64,000 nt of DNA from Pachysolen tannophilus NRRL Y-2460 (taxonomy: Eukaryota): contig KV454016.1 of assembly GCA_001661245.1 (NCBI GenBank), positions 495,381 to 559,380 of the forward strand, given 5' to 3'. A program made the position numbers and the translations under genes. Each line of letters starts with the position of its first letter. The stretch's first letter is position 1. Below the pieces are notes generated by a model, which had not been told where the DNA came from, did no database searches, and saw only the letters and a list, made by a program, of their open reading frames with translations. Shown here in pieces: positions 60,811 through 64,000 of the stretch.

Positions 60811-63800
60811 ATGCAGTCCATACTAAAGAGTGTACTATCTGGGGATGGTGATATTGAAGTATCATGGCTTCAGGATTCCAGGGCTTCATTTAACAACTCT
60901 TGTGCATCGATTTGGACACCGTTGGCTTCACCAGTTGAGAACTCTATTAACCCATGTTTTATTGGTTTGGTACTATTAGGATTAACACTTGTATTCAACC
61001 TAATAGTGATATGTCAGTTATTTCAAAAATTGGTTTCTAAGAAATATGGTTCTTTTTTGAAATTAAAGAGTTGTGGAATAAATCACTGGATCAGAATAAA
61101 TTTGGTAGTATTAGCAAGTTGTTTATATTTGATACTTTCTTTTGAAATTTTCCAAAATGTTGAAAATTTTAAAGATGTTCGGTTTTTGGGGACTTTGGTA
61201 ACAGGATTATCAATAATGTTTTTGTATTTGCCCTTACATACCATAGAAACTTCAAGATCAATTATTGCTAGTGGCTCTTTACTATATTTTTGGCCTTCTT
61301 GCTTTATTATTAACTTGATTATTGTCATTCAAGAATTTTGTAATGGTTATAGTTTTATTAATACAACTGACCAAGCTCTTGTAAAGACGATTGAACTACT
61401 TTTGTTGATTGTTAATATTCTGGTAATCATTTTAGAAGATTTTTACTATTCTTCAACAAGAGAATTGATTGAATATTACATGTTAAATGAGTTGGATATA
61501 CATACTCCAAATGCTATTTCTAGGATTACATTCACTTATATGGACCATTTGATTAAACATGGTTATAAGACAAAAAAAGTGACCGAGGATGATTTACCTG
61601 ATCCTCCAACATTCATCACTTCCCGACCATCATTTCTGAAGTTGAATAAATCATGGAATAATCAGAAATTGAAAAATCCTAAAAATCCTTCTTTAACCAT
61701 GGTTTTAGTTTCTTGCTTTGGTGTTCCAATTTTTTTCACTTTTGTTTTAGAATTGATACAAAACATTTTAAGTTTTGCTGAACCTCAACTTTTGAAATTA
61801 TTCATTGAATTTTTCAATGCAAAGGATAAACCTTTAATCATTGGTTTTTTCATCAGTGTGACAATGTTTGTTGTTTCAGTATTGGATACAATCATTTTCA
61901 ATGTCTTTTTCCTCAAATTATTGATGACGTCGTTATCTGCTAAATCTGGTTTAATGAGATTAATATACGATAAGGCTTTGCTTTTATCTCCAGAAGCCAA
62001 GAAAGAAAGAACTACAGGTGATATTGTGAACTTATTATCTGTGGATGTTGGTATAATTCAAACAATGCTTGAAGATATGCAATTTTTTGTGATTGCTCCA
62101 ATTAAATTTATTTTATGTTTAATCTCAATTTATTATTTATTAGGAAATGCTGTCTGGGGAGGTGTTTTAGCATTATTCATCATAATGCCTATAAACACTT
62201 ACTTAACCAATAAAATACGTATATATGAAACGCTACAAATGGATTTCAGAGATAAAAGAACAGGAATTGTGAATGAGATTTTATCTTCGATGAAAAGTAT
62301 CAAATTGTATGCTTGGGAGAAACCAATGTTGAAAAAATTAAATGATGTTAGAAATGGTCAGGAATTAAAGAATTTGAAGAAAATAAGCATTTTAAATGCA
62401 TTGATGCAGTTTACTTGGCATAGTATTACACTCTTGGTTAGTTGTTCCACTTTTCTAATATATGTCAAGGTTTTGAAAAAACCATTGACCCCAGATGTTG
62501 CTTTCCCAGCATTATCTTTATTTAGCTTGTTAAAAGATCCAATTTATGCATTACCAGCTTGTATTAAGCAGTTCATTGAATTTCGTATATCTTTGGGTAG
62601 AGTCTCGAGCTATTTAACTGCAGAAGAAATTAACGATGAAACAGTGAAGAAGTTATCAAAAGTTGTTCATTTAGGTGATCAGAGCATCACAATTTCAAAT
62701 GCTACATTTTTGTGGAACAATGTGAAAACTGATGACGGAGGTGAAGAACAAGATTTTTCTTTAAACAGTGTTGCTTTGAAAAACATTGAATATGATGCTA
62801 AAAAGGGTGAGCTTTCTTGTATTGTTGGTAAGGTCGGAGCTGGAAAGTCTACTTTTTTGAAATCTTTATTAGGAGAACTACCAATGGTACATGGTTCTGA
62901 TAAGTTTAAACCACCAATTCTAGAAGTTCATGGATCTATTGCTTATTGTCCTCAGGTAGCATGGATAATGAATGCTTCTATTAGGGAGAATATTTTATTT
63001 GGCCATAAATTTGAAGAAGATTTTTATGAATTAGCATTAGATGCATGTGATTTGAAGGAAGATTTAAAATCTTTACCAGATGGTGACGAAACAATGGTTG
63101 GTGAAAAGGGAATTGCGCTTTCTGGAGGACAAAAGGCAAGAATATCATTGTGCCGTGCCTTATATTCAAGAGCAGATATTTATATCTTGGATGATATCTT
63201 ATCTGCTGTTGATGCCCACGTAGGAGCAAAGATCACAAGAAAAGTACTAAGTAAAGATGGTTTACTAGCTTCCAAAACGAGAATTCTAGCGACTAACTCT
63301 GTTACTGTATTAAGTGGATCCGATAATATTGTATTGTTAGAAGGTGGTGAAATTATTGAAAGAGGTAGCTATCAGGAAGTTGTTGGAAATTCTGGTAGCA
63401 AATTATCTGGATTAATTAAAGAGTATGGTGCCAATGAGCAAGAGAAAATAAATTTACCTGAAAAGGAAAGTGATTTTTCAGTTGGCTCCAAAACTACATC
63501 GACAGATGGGTCTGAAGTAATTGCGGTTGATGAAATCGACGAAACTGATGATATTGAAATGTTAGCTGACAATTTAGGAACTCATCCGTTTAACTCAGGA
63601 AACCCCAATTCTATTGGTGGCTCACCTTTGGAAAGAATTGCAACTCATCAAACATTAAGGAGGGCTAGTGTAGTTACTTTATCAAAAGAAGTATCTCAAA
63701 AAAATAATAAAAAGAATATCATTACTGCTCAGAAGGAAGAGACAGCAGCAGCTGGGAAAGTCAAATTGGCAGTGTACATGTCATATGCAAAAGCATGCAA

Positions 63801-64000
63801 TATTGCTGGTGTTATTTGTTATCTCTCGATATTGTTAATAACTGGCTTTTCATCAATTTTAGAAAGCTTTTGGTTAAAATATTGGGCTGAAAATAATAGT
63901 CAAACTGGGGAAAACTCTAATAGTACATTTTTCCTTAGTATTTACCTGCTGTTAGGTATTACGACGGGTGTATTAACTGCTATCCACACTGCTATTATGT
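60811..64000 (+). CDS. ABCC/MRP vacuolar-type transporter (Bpt1/Ycf1/Mlt1-like), 3' truncated by the window
   Basis: Not in the ORF track. ATG at 60811; NPCF in TMD0, IKLYAWE, Walker A GKVGAGKS, LSGGQKARI, ILDDILSAVDAHVG, linker LRRAS. Confidence 0.9.
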   Translation, partial: MQSILKSVLSGDGDIEVSWLQDSRASFNNSCASIWTPLASPVENSINPCFIGLVLLGLTLVFNLIVICQLFQKLVSKKYGSFLKLKSCGINHWIRINLVVLASCLYLILSFEIFQNVENFKDVRFLGTLVTGLSIMFLYLPLHTIETSRSIIASGSLLYFWPSCFIINLIIVIQEFCNGYSFINTTDQALVKTIELLLLIVNILVIILEDFYYSSTRELIEYYMLNELDIHTPNAISRITFTYMDHLIKHGYKTKKVTEDDLPDPPTFITSRPSFLKLNKSWNNQKLKNPKNPSLTMVLVSCFGVPIFFTFVLELIQNILSFAEPQLLKLFIEFFNAKDKPLIIGFFISVTMFVVSVLDTIIFNVFFLKLLMTSLSAKSGLMRLIYDKALLLSPEAKKERTTGDIVNLLSVDVGIIQTMLEDMQFFVIAPIKFILCLISIYYLLGNAVWGGVLALFIIMPINTYLTNKIRIYETLQMDFRDKRTGIVNEILSSMKSIKLYAWEKPMLKKLNDVRNGQELKNLKKISILNALMQFTWHSITLLVSCSTFLIYVKVLKKPLTPDVAFPALSLFSLLKDPIYALPACIKQFIEFRISLGRVSSYLTAEEINDETVKKLSKVVHLGDQSITISNATFLWNNVKTDDGGEEQDFSLNSVALKNIEYDAKKGELSCIVGKVGAGKSTFLKSLLGELPMVHGSDKFKPPILEVHGSIAYCPQVAWIMNASIRENILFGHKFEEDFYELALDACDLKEDLKSLPDGDETMVGEKGIALSGGQKARISLCRALYSRADIYILDDILSAVDAHVGAKITRKVLSKDGLLASKTRILATNSVTVLSGSDNIVLLEGGEIIERGSYQEVVGNSGSKLSGLIKEYGANEQEKINLPEKESDFSVGSKTTSTDGSEVIAVDEIDETDDIEMLADNLGTHPFNSGNPNSIGGSPLERIATHQTLRRASVVTLSKEVSQKNNKKNIITAQKEETAAAGKVKLAVYMSYAKACNIAGVICYLSILLITGFSSILESFWLKYWAENNSQTGENSNSTFFLSIYLLLGITTGVLTAIHTAIM

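Overview
This is an AT-rich, gene-dense chromosomal segment from a budding yeast (Saccharomycotina). It holds 27 protein-coding genes, with the NGL-family nuclease and the ABCC transporter cut off by the window edges, plus one intron-containing tRNA-Arg(ACG). I found no transposon, rRNA or CRISPR. Three genes (FIS1, EFM4, MET7) are spliced and are mis-called by the ORF track; their exon structures can be rebuilt by hand. The strongest signal is that CTG is very probably not read as Leu. In-frame CTG codons fall at positions I recall as small residues or Ala in orthologs, and inside Ser/Thr/Ala linkers. This fits CUG=Ala (Pachysolen-type code) best, with CUG=Ser as the alternative, so the supplied translations are probably wrong at CTG. 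Other notable items are a ~180-bp island of 12 GTCAC motifs arranged as nested inverted repeats between MNN10 and a YPL150W-like kinase, a 538-aa gene I cannot assign, a 204-bp internal duplication in YRB2, an extended Csm1, and two gene blocks whose order matches S. cerevisiae neighbourhoods. All gene identities and ortholog comparisons come from recalled motifs; no searches were run.
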